A stretch of 64,000 nucleotides of DNA from Vicugna vicugna (GCA_013265495.1 MU058636.1:496001-560000), one strand, 5' to 3'; numbered from the stretch's first letter, positions 1 to 14,147 are shown. The notes: generated by a model not told the origin, from the sequence alone. Translations and numbers: made by a program.

Positions 1-40
1 TAATGAAAGGTGAGAGGCTTACTTTTGATTGTGGGCTGGT

Positions 41-503
41 ATACCAATCTTTCTCAAACTCTTCCAAAAGACTGAAGAGGAGGGGACACTCCCAAACTCA
101 TTCCATGAAGCCACCATCACCTTGATACCAAAACCAAAGACACTACCAAAAAAGAGAATTACAGACCAATATCTTTGATGAACACAGATGCAAAAGTCCT
201 CAACAAAATATTAGCAAATCAAATCCAGCAACACGTGAAAAAGATTATACAACACAATCCAGTTGGATTCATCCCAGGAACACAAGGATGGTTCAACATA
301 CACACATTAACGTGCTCTACCACATCAGCAAAAGTAAGGACAGAAATCACATGATCATCTCAATAGATGCAGAAAAACCATTTGATAAAATTCAACATCC
401 ATTTGTGATAAAAACCCTTCCCAAAATGGGTAGAGAGGGAACACAGCTTGACATAATAAAAGCTATTTATGACAAACCCACAGCCAACATAATACTCAAC
501 AGT
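41..503 (+). mobile_element. LINE-1 ORF2 fragment (start of reverse transcriptase domain), degenerate
   Basis: Encodes L1 motifs [20 protein letters not shown] and [18 protein letters not shown] (ORF 288..536); frameshifted and truncated. Confidence 0.93.
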
Positions 504-2096
504 GTTGGTCTGCTGGGTCAGTTTCAGCCATATTAGCAAAAGATTGTGTATTTCAGCTCAGAATATTGCAGGAAAATCTTTTTGAAACCAGAATGATTGC
601 ATTTTGTTTTGTGAAATGAGGAAGATGTTTGTGGCTTGTCTTTCAAAACAGTTTGTATCTTAAACTAAAAAGGAGCCTTTTTAGCTTCCCTCCACAACAT
701 TAGAGGCTTAAGATTTAGATCATTTTGTTAATACGTTTTTTGAGCTTCTAATGTACTTGTAGTTGTGAAGTTATTTTGTCCTGTTACAATCATAAACTGT
801 CAGCAGCATGGTTAGCAGCCATGAGTATTGACTTGATTCTGGGTCGCCTGGACTTCGATGTTTTTAAAAATTACTTGATTGCTATGTCGGGTCTGCTGTT
901 CACAACTACAGCAGTCTACCATTAAACACCTGTTGGGTGGCAGCCATGATGTCGTCCGTCACCCCTGTGCCCTGGTTTCCTCCCTTGTGAGATGCAGCTC
1001 ATGCCTGTTTGTTGGGATTGCGCTGAGGTTTACGTGAGATAATCCATTTAGAGTCACTGGAAGGTTCTGTGCAGAGTAAGCATTAAATGTATGTTCCCTT
1101 TTGTAGTTATCATCGAAAACAACAGCAGTTCTGCCGTGTTTTGGTTTTTTTTTTCCCCCCATTTGTTCTTTAAAAAAAAAAGCAGCAGCAGCAGCTTGGG
1201 GGATTAAGGAAGCTGCCCTGATCACGTGGCCATTCAGGGAGTGGAGCTGGCTGGTGCAGTTTACAGGCGATGGGGTAGACAGGTAACAAGGGAACAGAGA
1301 TTACAGGAGAGAAATGAACGTGGTGGAGCGACAGACAGTAACCAGGTCTTTTCTGTATAGTTCTTGAAAGGAATGCTCATTCGTTATGTACTAGCAATGT
1401 ATAAAGGAGAAACAGCTTTCCTTCGTCTGTCTTTATTTCTGTGCTATTAGTCAGTACCTTCTGTTCCTTTCCTTGTAGTCCTAGAAATACTTAAACATGT
1501 AGCATTTTTGTTGTAGTTTCACCAAAAATGGATTCTATACACATTACTCTGTAACTGGTTCTTGTCTGCTTGCCTTGAGAAACCTTTAGAAGTTTTGTGA
1601 GTGTGCGGCGTTGGCTCCTAGCACTGAGCCAGTCCAGGACCGACCCAGAAAGAGAAAACTTGAAACCTCCCGGGGATGGAACAGCCCCTTTGTTGCAGCA
1701 GTCTTCATTTAATTCTGGCCATTCAGGCCCTTGTTTACTGGATGAAACACACTTGCGGGGAAAGTTCCTAGGGTATCTTTCTCCTACTATTGTGACGATT
1801 ATTACTGTTGCTGGTTTTATTTCTGATAGCCCTTGCTCTATAATCGCTTCCCTGATTTTTTACCCCTTGATTTCCTATCAACCTGCCAACCGACTTACCT
1901 GTTCATTTTGCCTTTTCTTCTGTCAGCCTCATACTGGTTCTTTGGCACTTATGCCTTCATTTACATCCATGTAGATTTTGCATTTGAAAACACAGACTTG
2001 CTGATTCTCCGTCTAATAAGGAACCTGAACCCTGTTTTCCCCTATGCTTTTTGTTTTGTTTTGTTTTCACTGTTAACAAAACTGCAAAAAAATATG

Positions 2097-2214
2097 TTTT
2101 TTGGGGGGGTGGTTATTCGGTTTGTTTATTTATTGAAAGGGAGGTGCTGGGGATTGAACCCAGGACCTTGTGCATGCTAAGCCTGCGTGCCACCACGGAG
2201 CTGTACCCTCCCCC
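2097..2214 (-). mobile_element. tRNA-derived SINE (camelid vic-1-like)
   Basis: Reverse complement reads GGGGGAGGGTACAGCTCCGTGG...GGTCCTGGGTTCAATCCCCAGCACCTCC plus an A-rich tail, with pol III A- and B-box-like motifs. Confidence 0.88.
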
Positions 2215-2359
2215 ACAAGATACGTTTTTATATACAGGTGCTTTTATTTCTCAGAACTGAATTTCTAAAAATGGAATTTCTCAGTGACACGTGTGCTAAT
2301 TTCTTACCCTACTCCATACTGCCAGATCAAATTCTGGAAAGATCGTAGCACTGTGACTC

Positions 2360-2480
2360 TAGTTGCCAAGGGGGGCGTGAAGGGATAGACTAGGAGTTCA
2401 AACTTTGTAGATAGTGACAGGCATGTGTAGAATAGATCGACAAGATTATACTGTGTAGCACAGGGAAGTATATACAAGAG
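2360..2480 (+). mobile_element. LINE-1 3'UTR fragment
   Basis: gttgccaagggg...ggagttcaaa...tatactgtgtagcacagggaa is similar to the L1 3' end at 42440-42560 in this window. Confidence 0.7.
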
Positions 2481-4267
2481 CTGAACACGTAGCTTTAATG
2501 CCGGTTACTCAGCGTAGACCCGACTGTTGCATCAGTAGATCCGGCTGTTGCTGCTACTTTAGTGAGAAGCCAGATAGCTGGTTATTTAATTATCCTCTGT
2601 GGGGTACCTTCCCACTGCAGTCGTCTGCCCTGGGTCTTGGGAGAGCAGAGGAAAGCGGGGAGCAGGTCCCCCTGTCCCTGATGAAGCTATCACCCAGGCA
2701 TGTGAACTGGCAGCTGAGGACCTGAGCGGCTGGAGGTACGGCGTGCGGGGCAGCTGAACCTCGAGGCGGGAGCCTGTGCAATTAGCCAGGACGGTTACTG
2801 AATTTTTGGCAGCGAGGCAGCAGTTAAAGCAAAGAAGAAGGATCTTTTTCCAAGAAGGAAAAGCCATTTAATATGTGCGGGTCCGTTTGCTCAAAACAGC
2901 ACTACATTTGAGCACCAGAAACCCCGGGGGCTTGGCAAGCCGTCAGCGCTGGCCGCCCTTCATCCAGACCAGCATGTCTGCGGCCGTCCGGTAGAGCCTG
3001 GCTCTCGGCTTTGCCTGCATCCGTCTAATAGTGTCTCCAGTTAACAGGGAGGTAAAGGTAGAGGGATCTTTGCCCCCTTAGTCCAGAGGAGTAAAGTCCA
3101 GCGGCTGTAAGCAAGGCCCGGCCCAAGAAACCGCACAGCAGAGGGTGCAGGTGCCTGTCTGCACCAAGGGCTGTAAGCTCGGAGTGGTGACCCTCCGAAA
3201 ACGCCATGAATGTTTACGAACCGGGCAGGGCCTTCTTTTTTGTATATGAATTCACATGTGTATATGACTAACCCGTGTGAAAGCCTGATTTTATAGTGTG
3301 TCAGGAAGCCATCGTGTACCTGTCTCGAGAATAAATAAAGTAAAAAAGAAGAACGTTTATATAAATATTTTGAAAAGCAGTGTGTTCTCATACTTTTTCC
3401 ATTTCACCTATGGAGATCTTGCCAAAATAAAATCAAATCTGAGTGTTTACAATGTAAAAGAAAACCAGCCCGTGGATTTTGAAATTAGGAGATGGATTTT
3501 GTTTGTTTTGTGTGTTTTGGTTTAAAAACTTTTTTTCTCTCCCAAATAAATATTTCCAATGAAATAACAGGTCTGATTATCTAATGATAGACTATTTGAA
3601 TGAAGATTGAAATTGAATTAGAAATGTTGAAAATAAGCTTGTTTATGCTTTTCAAGAAGTTACAACACCTGCACCTGATAAAAATTAGTACAAACATATC
3701 AAAAATCTTTGAAGAAACATGGGGTCCAGCCAGGGCCAACTTGGAGAAAATGAGAACACTGGCTGCTGAGGGGAAATGTCCCAACACCAGCTGATCAGGG
3801 ATGTGACTGCAGGGAAGACTGAGGTCTGCGATGTGACGAGGCTGCTTGGAGAAAGGTTAATGCTGAGAACGAGATGCTTGACTTCGTAGGATTTTTCCCT
3901 CCTTACTGTGCATTTTTCAACAGCTTGAATGTCAAAGTGACATGAAATTCACTCTCAGTCTTTAAAGTGATTCCTCATGAATAATTTATGAAGACATATT
4001 TCCGGTTTGGGGATCTAATTTTGTCAAGTTCTGGATTCACTTCTGGTGCTACTACGGCCCCCGTAGAGTCAGGCCTGTGGTTCCCCAAGTGGAGTCCGGC
4101 CAGAGGGGAGTTCCTCAAAAAGAAGTGAAGGTTTCTGAACCCCACCCCGTTCGCACAAACTACCACGGCTTCCTGCGGTCTGTCAGCATGGCGTGACTTT
4201 GCATATAATGAACACTACAACGTTCTAAGTTTTATCAGGTTGACGTAATGAATTTCTTCCTTTGGTC

Positions 4268-4451
4268 CAGGGTTTCTCAGTAGCGGCACTGGTGACATTT
4301 CGGACCAGATGATTCTCTGCTGTCAGGAGCTCTCCTGGGCATCGTAGGGCTCTTTGGCTTCTCCCTTCTAGACACCAACAACCCCCCAAACGGTTTCCAG
4401 GCGTTGTCAAGTGTCTCAGAGGCAAAAGTCAACCCTGGTTGAGAATGACTG
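4268..4451. mobile_element. MER20-like hAT DNA transposon relic
   Basis: Terminal inverted repeats CAGGGTTTCTCA...TGAGAATGACTG; internal ggcactggtgacatttcggaccagatgattctc resembles MER20. Confidence 0.75.
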
Positions 4452-5038
4452 CTTGAAACCCTTGTCTAAATAAAGCATGAACATGTTTTAAAGGTTGGCA
4501 GAATTACGAGGTAGAAGTGAGTCTCTGTGCTACCCCCGGAGAGCACATCTGCTGCCTCGGGATAATGAACAGTAACCATTTCTTACGTGTCTTCCGGAAA
4601 GTTGCTGCGCATATCCAAGTGCACACACCTGCTCGACAGTCATGACCATGAGCATCCAGCTTGATGTTTGTCTTTGTGAGAATGTGTCCGTGGGGTTGTG
4701 TTACTGTGCCCACAGATCTGGGTTGCTCTTTAATGTCTGCATAGTGCCTCGTTGCTGTGGTGGACCGTATGCGTGTAACCAGCTACCAGTGTATGCGTGG
4801 TCACTTCTCATCCTTCCAAGTAACACATGGTAGCTTCCTCGTATTTTCATGTTGAATACTGTGTGATTAGCTGTAAGATACAGAATACGTTCCTACAAGT
4901 GGAATTTCTGGGTCAAAGGAAAAGTGTATTAAACATATTTGTGGCCAGTGCTATTACCATCGGGGTATGAAGGTAGCCATCCCTCAGGTTATCAAGCTTT
5001 TAAATCCTTGGCACCTGTTGGGTAGAAAGTGGTGTCCC

Positions 5039-5080
5039 TGTGTATGTGTGCGTGTGCACGCGCGCATGTGTGTGTGTGTG
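5039..5080. repeat. Compound (TG)n/(CG) microsatellite
   Basis: tgtgtatgtgtgcgtgtgcacgcgcgcatgtgtgtgtgtgtg. Confidence 0.8.
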
Positions 5081-6068
5081 TTTCCTAATAAGTGAGGTCT
5101 CCTACACTCACACGTTGTTTTGCTTCTTGCCTGTTTTCCTGACCATTTGTTGGACATTTTCTCTCATTTGTAAAGAATTTGTGAGGAAATTAGGCCTTTG
5201 TCTTCATAGATGTTTAAAATATTACATACTGTTCTTTATTTTTGTTCAACTTTATTAATATTTTTCTCTGTAGAAATGAACTGTTTCCATATTTGCTTCT
5301 TCCTAAGTCAGGTTTCCGTCTGTCTTCCTGATGCTCTGCCCTCTCCCGCTTCCCTCTCACCCACTCCAGTTCTCCGAATTATGTCCGGGGGATGGCTCCA
5401 TCTCTAAAATAATTTTTTTCCTTGTCATGCGTGTCCCTGGCCCTTTGCTCTGGACTTGTTTTTATGTCAGTCTTGCCTAATCAGTTAGAATTAGGGTCAC
5501 TTGAGGGCATGAATCATCTGCAATTTATTAATTTTTACATCCCATGTTACTGCTAAAGATGATCTGAGTGTGTTTCTTTCATATTGTTGTGTTTTGCCCT
5601 TTGCCAAGTTGGTGGACATTTGATGAAGGATGGTCAGCATTTTGTTAGCTAAAAACACATGGGACCAACAGAGGTGTTTCTGTGGTTTTTTTATTTTATT
5701 TTTTTAAAATCTATTTGTAAGTCCTACAAAGATAAGTCATATTTATTGAGTCAACTTTATGGGAAAAAGAACATAAAACGGAGACCCTTCCAGTCAGTGA
5801 GAAAGTGTTGACACAAAACATATTAGATGTGAATTAAGCACAAATGGCTTCTCTGTAAATATGTGCAGGCAGCCGCTTAAAATTGATATGGGCCTTACAT
5901 ATAAATTTTCCTTAAAATGTCGGTGTTTGTGATGCTAGGAATCTGGGCTTTATGAGAGAACAACTGCTGTGGCCCTCGGGCTCTCTCCTCAGCGGCTGCG
6001 TCCAGCTGGTGGTCCACGTCCTGCCACTCCTTTCACGGATGGAAACATTTAGGTCAACACTGATCTAA

Positions 6069-6329
<261 letters not shown>

Positions 6330-7227
6330 TAGCAGATCATTCTTGAGTAACCCCAATGAAATTATTAACCCATATATCTTGATAATAGACCCTTGTTACC
6401 TCCTTGCTAAATGCCTGGGCAACATTTCCATGTTTTTTAGCTCAAGAAAAAAATTCCCAAACCATGTTGAAATTCATTCCACTTTGTAATTTTATTTCTG
6501 AATTCTTAAACCTAAATACAAATACACAGTGTGGAATCTGGTGTCCTTTTTGTCCTTCTTAAAAGCACACCCGTCCTTGTGGAAGAATGTTTTCTCCCGC
6601 CATGAGCGCTAACAAAGCGACTTCTGACCTCCGGCCCCCGTGTCGAGTGGTGTTCAGCTTATTTGGTAGTTTTCGTGGTGTCAGAATTCTCCTTTTATCA
6701 CTTGACGGCAATGAAGGCAAAAGCTGGAAACAAACGCAAACCACTGGCTAACGTGACTAAGTTGCCGGTGAGCCTTCTGTTGTCCTGGCCGGGAGGGCCG
6801 GGGGTGCAGCCTGGGGCCGGGAGACCCTAGCAGGGCACATTTCTGAAGCCGCCCTGTCGCCTGGTTTTGGACGCTGACTCCGACACTGTGCCCTGGGGAG
6901 CTGATTCTCCGAGGCTGACATCGCAGGCAGGCACACGTGGGCATAGACCAGACATGCAGTGACACAAATCGTGGTGCTGTAAAGGCTTACCGTTTGTGTA
7001 TACATCTGTGCTGGATATTCGTCATCCACCCACCCAGCTCCCTCCCTGTTTCGGTGGCCACTCCACCAGGCGCTGCGTTAAAATGCTGCGCAGCACACGT
7101 TGCTCCAGCCCTGCTTGGAGCCACAGGCTAGGAGGGTCCCATGTGCAGACTAAGATGCTGCTGAACCAGGTTCTGATCTTGATTTTAAGCAGCGTTGGTC
7201 AGTTCATGGCCGTGTTCCTCGCCAGCC

Positions 7228-7385
7228 GGGGGGGGGGGCAGCTCAGAAGCGAGCACTCGCCTAGCCTGCGTGAGGTGCGGGGTTCCATCCCCAGCGCCTC
7301 CATAAAATAAACGAATAAACCTAACTAGCTCCCAGGCTCAAAAAACAGACAAAACAGAAACACATGAAAAGCTTTTTTAAAAAAA
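7228..7385 (+). mobile_element. tRNA-derived SINE (vic-1-like), diverged
   Basis: G-run head, agctcag, ggttccatccccagcgcctcc, then the aataaac...cctaactagctccc tail shared with the other copies. Confidence 0.8.
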
Positions 7386-8329
7386 GCACCCCAGCTCATT
7401 TGTTTGCTAATACTTATGCCCCAAAAGACAGGAGTGGCAGGTGGTGAGAGCAGGTTTGTCACTTGTGCTGGGGAAGCTGCTCTCACCACTGCCACTGGAC
7501 AGGGGCTCAGGCACCCCCCGCCCCGACAGACTGTTAGCTTTGCGGGACTTAGAGCTGTCCCGAGTGGGTCAAAGTGTGGCGACCGTGTAGGGAAAAGTGC
7601 GCCGCCTGCTCCCCGGTGACTTGGTGCTGGAAAGGCCACCACGTGCCCATGCGTATCTGTAAAGGGGAGGTTGAGACCTCGGCTGCTCTGCCTTAGAGCT
7701 CAGAGCTAAATACATGCCGCCTGGTTACACAGGGAATGGATTTTAGCCCGCTTTTCATACTCAGGTGGGAGAGCTGGATTCTTTCCTTACCTCCCTGCAG
7801 TCTTGGGCAATTCAGATTAATCCACCAAACTCACATCAAGTGCCTACTGCACGTAAGATGCTGGTAGGCTGTAGGGTGGTGTTGGTCCAGGCACGGGCGG
7901 TCCGCAGACCACTGGCATGAGAGTACCCAGGATTTCTGAGAAGATGCAGGTTCCTGAACACCAGCCCAACTTGGCAGAGAGTTTCTCAGAGATACTGAGA
8001 ATCAAGACAGAATTCTAAACAAAATTTTCTAGGCGTTACCCATGTTAACGTGTAAGGCCCATGGTGATCTTTGGTCCCCAGGGTTGGGATAAGTTTAATG
8101 CCTCTGTGTCCTCCAGACGACAGAAAATATTGCAGCAGAGAAGGAAATTCCCAGGTGAAGTGGCTCTGTTGCCACGGATCCACGGTGCTGGTGTTGGAGT
8201 TGGGGACTGGTGGCAGAGGGTTGGGACGTCAAGTCAAGTGGAGTCAGAGGGTCACTGGCCGCCAGAGTCAGTCCCTGGAAGGGCCCAGCCTTTTCGGGGC
8301 GTGGAAGTCTGCCCCAGGAAGTTGTCTCA

Positions 8330-8700
8330 GCAAGTTTTGTTTGAAATCCATGGAAATTTAGAGAAAAGCTGCAAAAAGTGTACAAAGAACAGTATTTCCA
8401 GATTCAGTTGTTAGCATTTGGCCACCGTCTGCATTCTCTCTCCATACATGTGCACATGTGTGCAGGTGCACATGCACACACGCACTAACAAACATGTTTA
8501 TTTCTGAGCCGGCTGAGAGCAAGTTAAGACGTCATGGCTGTTTCTTCAAACTTTACGTGGCTTGGTAAGACCAGTATAATGATCAAAAATCACACAGCTT
8601 GTGTGGATACAATACCATTACCTAGTCCATGCCAGTCCGTATTCCAGTTTTGCCATTACTCTAATAATAATGTCATATTTAGCAATTTTAAGTAATGAAT
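8330..8700 (-). mobile_element. Old LINE-1 (L1MC/ME-type) 3' fragment
   Basis: aaatttagagaaaagctgcaaaaagtgtacaaagaac...cagttgttagcatttggccac pattern typical of antisense ancient L1 3' ends. Confidence 0.55.
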
Positions 8701-8859
8701 CAGTGCCGTCCCATTAAATTCTTATTATATCCTTAGTCAAATTTCTACATTTTTTTTATGGGTAGAGTGAGACTAAAGAGGCCACCAGTGAGTGAAGCTC
8801 CCATGATTACATGGGTTTCAGCTAAATGGTATCCATTTTTTTTTAGTGAAGAGATAACT

Positions 8860-11000
8860 CTAATGTTTTTTAACCTGTTTCAGAAATTTTATCCTACTTA
8901 GTTTTAGCAAGCCAGAGTGACTTGAAGGAGAGAACCGGGCCGGCCGCACTTGTAAAGGGAAATGTAAACATTCTAAACAAGGTATCAGCGAATGGGCTGC
9001 AGCAGTGCATTAGGGGGTGGAATATTTGCCAAAGCAGGGTTTATCTCATGAAAACAGGAGACTCAGAATTAAGAAAGCTTTCTAGGTATCACTGTATCAG
9101 CCACACAAAGAAGAAAAACATGGTCCCGTCAGTAGTCACTGCAAAAGGTTTTGAGTCAGTTCCACTGGCATTCCCAAAATAAGGACTCTAAGTGATACAG
9201 GAAAGAAATAAGTCAACTAACTATAATGCAGACTGTTTATTTAAAAAAAAAAAGGTAGCGTATTGCCTTAAATGGTAAAATTCTAAAACGACATCATTTT
9301 AAATAAGAAATTAGCCATGGATTCCTACCATCAGTATAGAATTTGGCATTGTTTTGGAATTTTCAGCAACTGCCAAGAATATTAAATAACTATTACAAAT
9401 AGTAGGAAAAAGAGGAACTATTTCTGTGCTTGTACAAATATGTGCACAAAAGTGGCCGTGTGAATGTGTCCATCTGTGACACTATATCTAGAAAACCCAA
9501 AAGATGTCAGTAAAGGAACACTGGAATTATAAGAGAATTTGATAAGAGGACCAGATCCATAATAAATATATAAAAACTAATAGCTTTTTCCTGTCCTGGC
9601 CATCACTAGCTTTTTTTTAAACTCTTAACAGCGAGCACTTAGAAATGCAAAGAGAGAATTCCTTTCAAAACAGCAATTAAAATTACGCAGTAAAGTCGAT
9701 ATATGAAAAGCACCCCACATCTTCCTGAAGCATGTGAAGTAAGGTCTGAACAGATGGAAAATCATACTGTTTCCTTGTATGGGAAGAGTTAATGTCATAA
9801 AAGAATCAACTATCCCAAAATTAATATGTAAATTTATGTGATTCCAAGTAGAATCCCAACAGATGATTGCTTTGGGGGAAAAGAAGGAGGTTGTGTAAAA
9901 TGATATTAAAGTTGGAATTAACAGGCACCTAAGAATAAATATGCAAAGCGAGTTCAGAAAACAGCAGTCATGGGGTAGACTTATGCACACACCAGACCGT
10001 ACTGTGAAGCTGCCGTAGCCGAATCAGTGTGATACTGACGTACAACCAGACAAAGGAGTCAGAAAACCCAGCAGCAAATTGCAGTCCTGGATTCCAGGTC
10101 TATAGGGTGTGAGAGTGCAGTCAATGTCAATGCGGTGTTTTAGTACAGCAGAGAAGTTTGGATTAACTAATTATGTTCTCACAACTGGCTGTTTATATGG
10201 AAAAAAAAATTGGACTCCAACCTGATACAACAGAGATAAATTAATTTCAGATAAATTAAGACTTAAATTTGAAAAGTAAAACTGTAAAAATCCTGCCAGA
10301 AACTCCTGAAAACTTCCATAACCGTGATTGCACATTCAGAAGCCGTTCTTGACCATATAAAGACTAAATGCTTTTTACATGGCCAAGTTCACCCTAAAGA
10401 AAGCCAGGAGGCAGAAAATGTATTTGGAGGAAATTTTGTAACATAAAGGCAGAGTTGCCGTCTATCATGCTCAGGAACTCTTACAAAAGTTGACAGAACT
10501 GGACATTTCACAGAATTCCAAATCCATACGTCCAACGAATAGAATGAAAACATGCTCCCTTTCACTGGTAGTCCAGGGAAATGTACATTTATTTAAAAGT
10601 AAGAGTTAATATCTTTGATTTTTCAAACCGGAGAGTATGAAATAGAATATCACACCTGTTACTGGTAGGGAAGCAGGGAAAACATCACTGTGGGCCTTTG
10701 TGAAGCGACAGGTGAACGATGGGTACCTTTTCTGAAACAGCCGGTCAGCGTCTGGTGAAGCCAACCCCACAGCCCCACGTCTAGGAATCCTCCCCACAGG
10801 AGTGGAAGCTGACGTATAGGTGTTACAATGTATTCCTGGCGCTCATGGCATGATGTTTGTGGGAACAGAGACCTGGAAACAAGGCGAACGCCTGCTTATC
10901 GGTGATGGTTGGAAAAATGTGGTTCCTCCCTCCTGTGAATTATGTGAGCATGAAAAAGACTGCTTCCATGTCCAGCCTAGGTGTGGGTGGGGGCTGCTGC
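8860..11000 (+). mobile_element. Ancient degenerate LINE-1 (L1M-type) ORF2/3' region
   Basis: A-rich sense strand with eroded ORF2 motifs (tatatctagaaaacccaaaaga; atactgtttccttgtatgggaagagttaatgtcataaaa) and no intact ORF. Boundaries approximate. Confidence 0.7.
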
Positions 11001-12572
11001 CAGCCAGGTGAGGGGTACAGTAGGAGGTTAGCCTGGGGGTGGAGAGGAGGGGCGGGTTTGAAGTGGGTAAAAGGAGGAAGTCAAGTGAAAACAGAAAAGG
11101 AGGAATAAGGCAGGCTGTGTGAGCAGTGTGCAGAGAGCTCCTTTACCCAGAACAGCTGGGGTGAGTTCATGTACTGTGGAGCTTCAGAGATGTTTGTGGG
11201 GGCCCCTTCCTCCAGCCACGACCCTGGTAGCTTGAGTTATTGTGAGGGACGCGAGGACCACCACTCGTGATTGTTTTCTCCTGGAAACCTGCAGAGCAGT
11301 GACATCCCAGGGCGGTTCTCCTTTCTGCCTCCGGGTGAAGGTGGAGCCTGCAGGTTTTCCAGGCCTCATCCCACCGCCCCTCTGGTTGCTCCATGGGAAC
11401 AGATTGGGAAAAGGCTTACTTCTCTGGCCAGACTCTCAGGCTCCAGGCATCGGTGTGCTTTCCGAGTTCTCGCAGAGACATGCATCCCCTCCCAGGGGCC
11501 CCTGCTGGGCTATTGGGTCTGGATTTGCTCAGTGCTCATGCAGAGAGTGACCCAGTGCACAGCCAGGGAGGAGGTGGCCCACGGGTCTACCACGCACCTG
11601 GACTGGGATGAAACGCTGGTCTCCAGCCTCCCCGCCTTCTCTTCCTGGAACACAGATGCAAGCACGTCACACATCTTTCGAGGACAGGGAAAAGTAGCCA
11701 TCTTAGGAAGCACCGTCTGCCCATCCCGGTCTTGTGCCGGGTCCCCGGCCAGCCGCCATCCTGCACGTCCTGGAAGTTTCCCCCGAACGTACCGTGTGCC
11801 TTTGTGCCCCGAAGCTTTGTGAGAGGTGCTCGTTTCACGAGGGTGCTTCCCTCTGCACCCCTCTCACCACGCCCCTGATCGTCCTGCCAAGTCCTGCAGG
11901 TTCAGTACCTTACAGGCCAGAGGCTCTTTGATCCTGGCATCCTTGACTCGCTCTCTCCTCCTGCATCCTCGCCCCTAGGAGCGGTTCTCTGTTTTCTGTG
12001 TTTGCTTCCATGCTTGTCGCCCGCTGCCCTGTCCCCAGCTCTGCTGGGACGGACTTCCTAGAGCTCAGGGACCTGCTTTGCCTTCTTTCTTCTTGTTTTC
12101 AAATCTCCCTCTGCCTGGCGATGATCACAGTACCTGGCCCATAATTCAGTCCCCAGAAACATCTGTCAAATGAGGAAGTGAATGAAGGGCATCGTGCTTC
12201 CTGAAATTTGTGTGTGATCTCAGGATGGGAAGTCGTAAATCCTGCCCACGTGCGCACAGAGCTCACGTGGTGGGGAGGCCACGTCACTGCTTGTTTGCAA
12301 AGGGAGGCGGTTCGATTTTAACAAGGTTTTTGGCGAATCACATATTTATGACGTTGTTTTTCATGCTCAGTGTGTTCATTTGATGCTGATGAAGCAACGG
12401 TTAAGATCGGTCTTTCATCGACTTTCTTTGCAGGGAGGGGGTCCAGGGAGTGGTGAATCCTGAAGCTCAGGTTTGGACTTGCCCCGTGGCCCAGGCGTCA
12501 TTCTGGAGCCCGGAGACACGGGAGCTGCAGAAGCAGGAAAGGCCCACTTAAAGCTGTTTGTTCTCCCCGCAG

Positions 12573-12695
12573 ATTTTCACGGCGTTGCCCCCCTTCACGC
12601 TGGGCATCTTCGAGAGGTCGTGCAGTCAGGAGAGCATGCTGAGGTTCCCACAGCTCTACAGAATCACCCAGAACGCCGAGGGCTTCAACACAAAG
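12573..12695 (+). CDS. ATP8A2: ATP8A2 coding exon (123 nt, phase 0-0), [41 protein letters not shown]
   Basis: Acceptor tttgttctccccgcag and donor AAG|gtgcac. Continues in frame from the previous exon. [22 protein letters not shown] matches ATP8A2 as I recall it; ATP8A1 differs here. Confidence 0.97.
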
Positions 12696-14029
12696 GTGCA
12701 CTGCGTGGGCATCGGGGACCGCATCCTCCAGAGTGGGTGGGTACCCGCCCGGGAGGGTGCAGAGGCTCAGTGGGGACACGGGCTCCCCCCGAGGGCAGAC
12801 CCAGGGGACTCGAGCTGCCCCACTGGAAAGAAGCTTCCATCCCTTCCTTTTCTCTGCGTGCGCCCCCAGCATCCCATGGCCAGCAGTCCCCTCTGCCTGG
12901 TGTCTTTAGGGTCCAGGCCTCCCCGACCCCTCATTCAGCCCTGTCGCCTTGCCCAACCCTCCTGCTGTCGCTGCCTGGTTCTGGCCAATGAGGACAGTTG
13001 GCCAGATGCGAACACAGGAATCAGGGCAATGGGGTGTTGTTTTCAGTCTGGAGCATCAGGAAAGGGAAAGCATCTAGGAGACGAGGGGCAGGCCACCCTG
13101 AGACAGGGGTCAGGGGCGGGGCTGGCCCAGCCGGGGCGGGGATCCTGCGGTCAGGAGTGGCCAGTGGGCCTGGGGTGTCACCGGCCCTTCAGCTGCAGCT
13201 AAGAGGGCAGAGCTGAGCCCCACCACCTCCCCCCTGGGAGGGAGGAAAGGCAGGCACCCAGCTTGGCGGGAAGGCAGAGTTGTTTCTGTCTCAGGTGGTC
13301 GTGCAGGAGGTTTGAACACCGTGTGCTGGGTGGGTGCAGGAGCCCTCCGTAGAGAACAACTCTGGGAGGCTTCAGTCTGAGCCAGGGGTTATGACAGTCG
13401 CCCTCAGGGCTACTTCGCACTTAGGAAAGCGTCCTAGACATGTCCAGTCAGGGAAAAAAGAAAAGGACCTTATTGGTTCGAGGCAGTTCCATGCACAAGG
13501 AGACCAGGAGGGCTAACTGACCAGCCCCTGGTTCACTGCGGCTCTTTGGTTGGGAAACAGTCCTATTCTGCTTTATTTACGTAAAGCAAACCCGTGTTTT
13601 ACAGAGTTTGAATTCAAAGGGTGTGTGAGATGGGGAGTGGGGAGTGGACTCATTGGGAAGATAGCAGAGCTGAGGACGCCTAAGACCTTGAAGATTTGGG
13701 GTTCGGAGGATGGTACCAAGGGCAGGGAACAGATAGGAAGAAAGTGAACATTTAAAATGGGAAAATGGCGTGGTCTTATAATTTCTCGCTGTTTTCTCCT
13801 GTCCCCCCACTACGTAAGAGCAAACTATGTGACCATTCCCAGAACAGTTTGTAGATTTTGAAATGAATTAAATCTGCCTTCAGTAGCTCCGCCACCCCAG
13901 GGATTAAGAGGATGGCTGAAATGCATTTTAAAACTACAGCGCGGAAGAAACTAAACTTCGTGGTCTTCTGTTTAACCTTTCAGGGGTTGAAGAGAATTTT
14001 TCAACGTGCATATTAATCAAAACCCTAGA

Positions 14030-14147
14030 GGGGAGGGTAGAGCTCAGTGGTGGAGCACGTGCTCAGCACACACAGGGTCCTGGGTTCAATCCCCACTACT
14101 TTCTCTAACAATAAATACATTTTTAAGAATTTCTAAAAGTTAAAAAG
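14030..14147 (+). mobile_element. tRNA-derived SINE (vic-1-like)
   Basis: ggggagggtagagctcagtggtggagcacgtgctcagcac...ggtcctgggttcaatcccca followed by an A/T tail. Confidence 0.88.

Noticed and set aside
288..536. Reverse-transcriptase-like ORF as an active element or novel RT system
   Set aside because: It is a short, frameshifted LINE-1 ORF2 fragment lacking most of the domain.
2480..3360. Possible processed pseudogene ending in aataaataaagtaaaaaag
   Set aside because: No recognisable protein similarity, clean poly(A) tail or TSD.
12558..13202. 214-aa ORF as a stand-alone gene
   Set aside because: Only 12573-12695 resembles ATP8A2 and is bounded by splice sites; the rest is stop-poor GC-rich intron.
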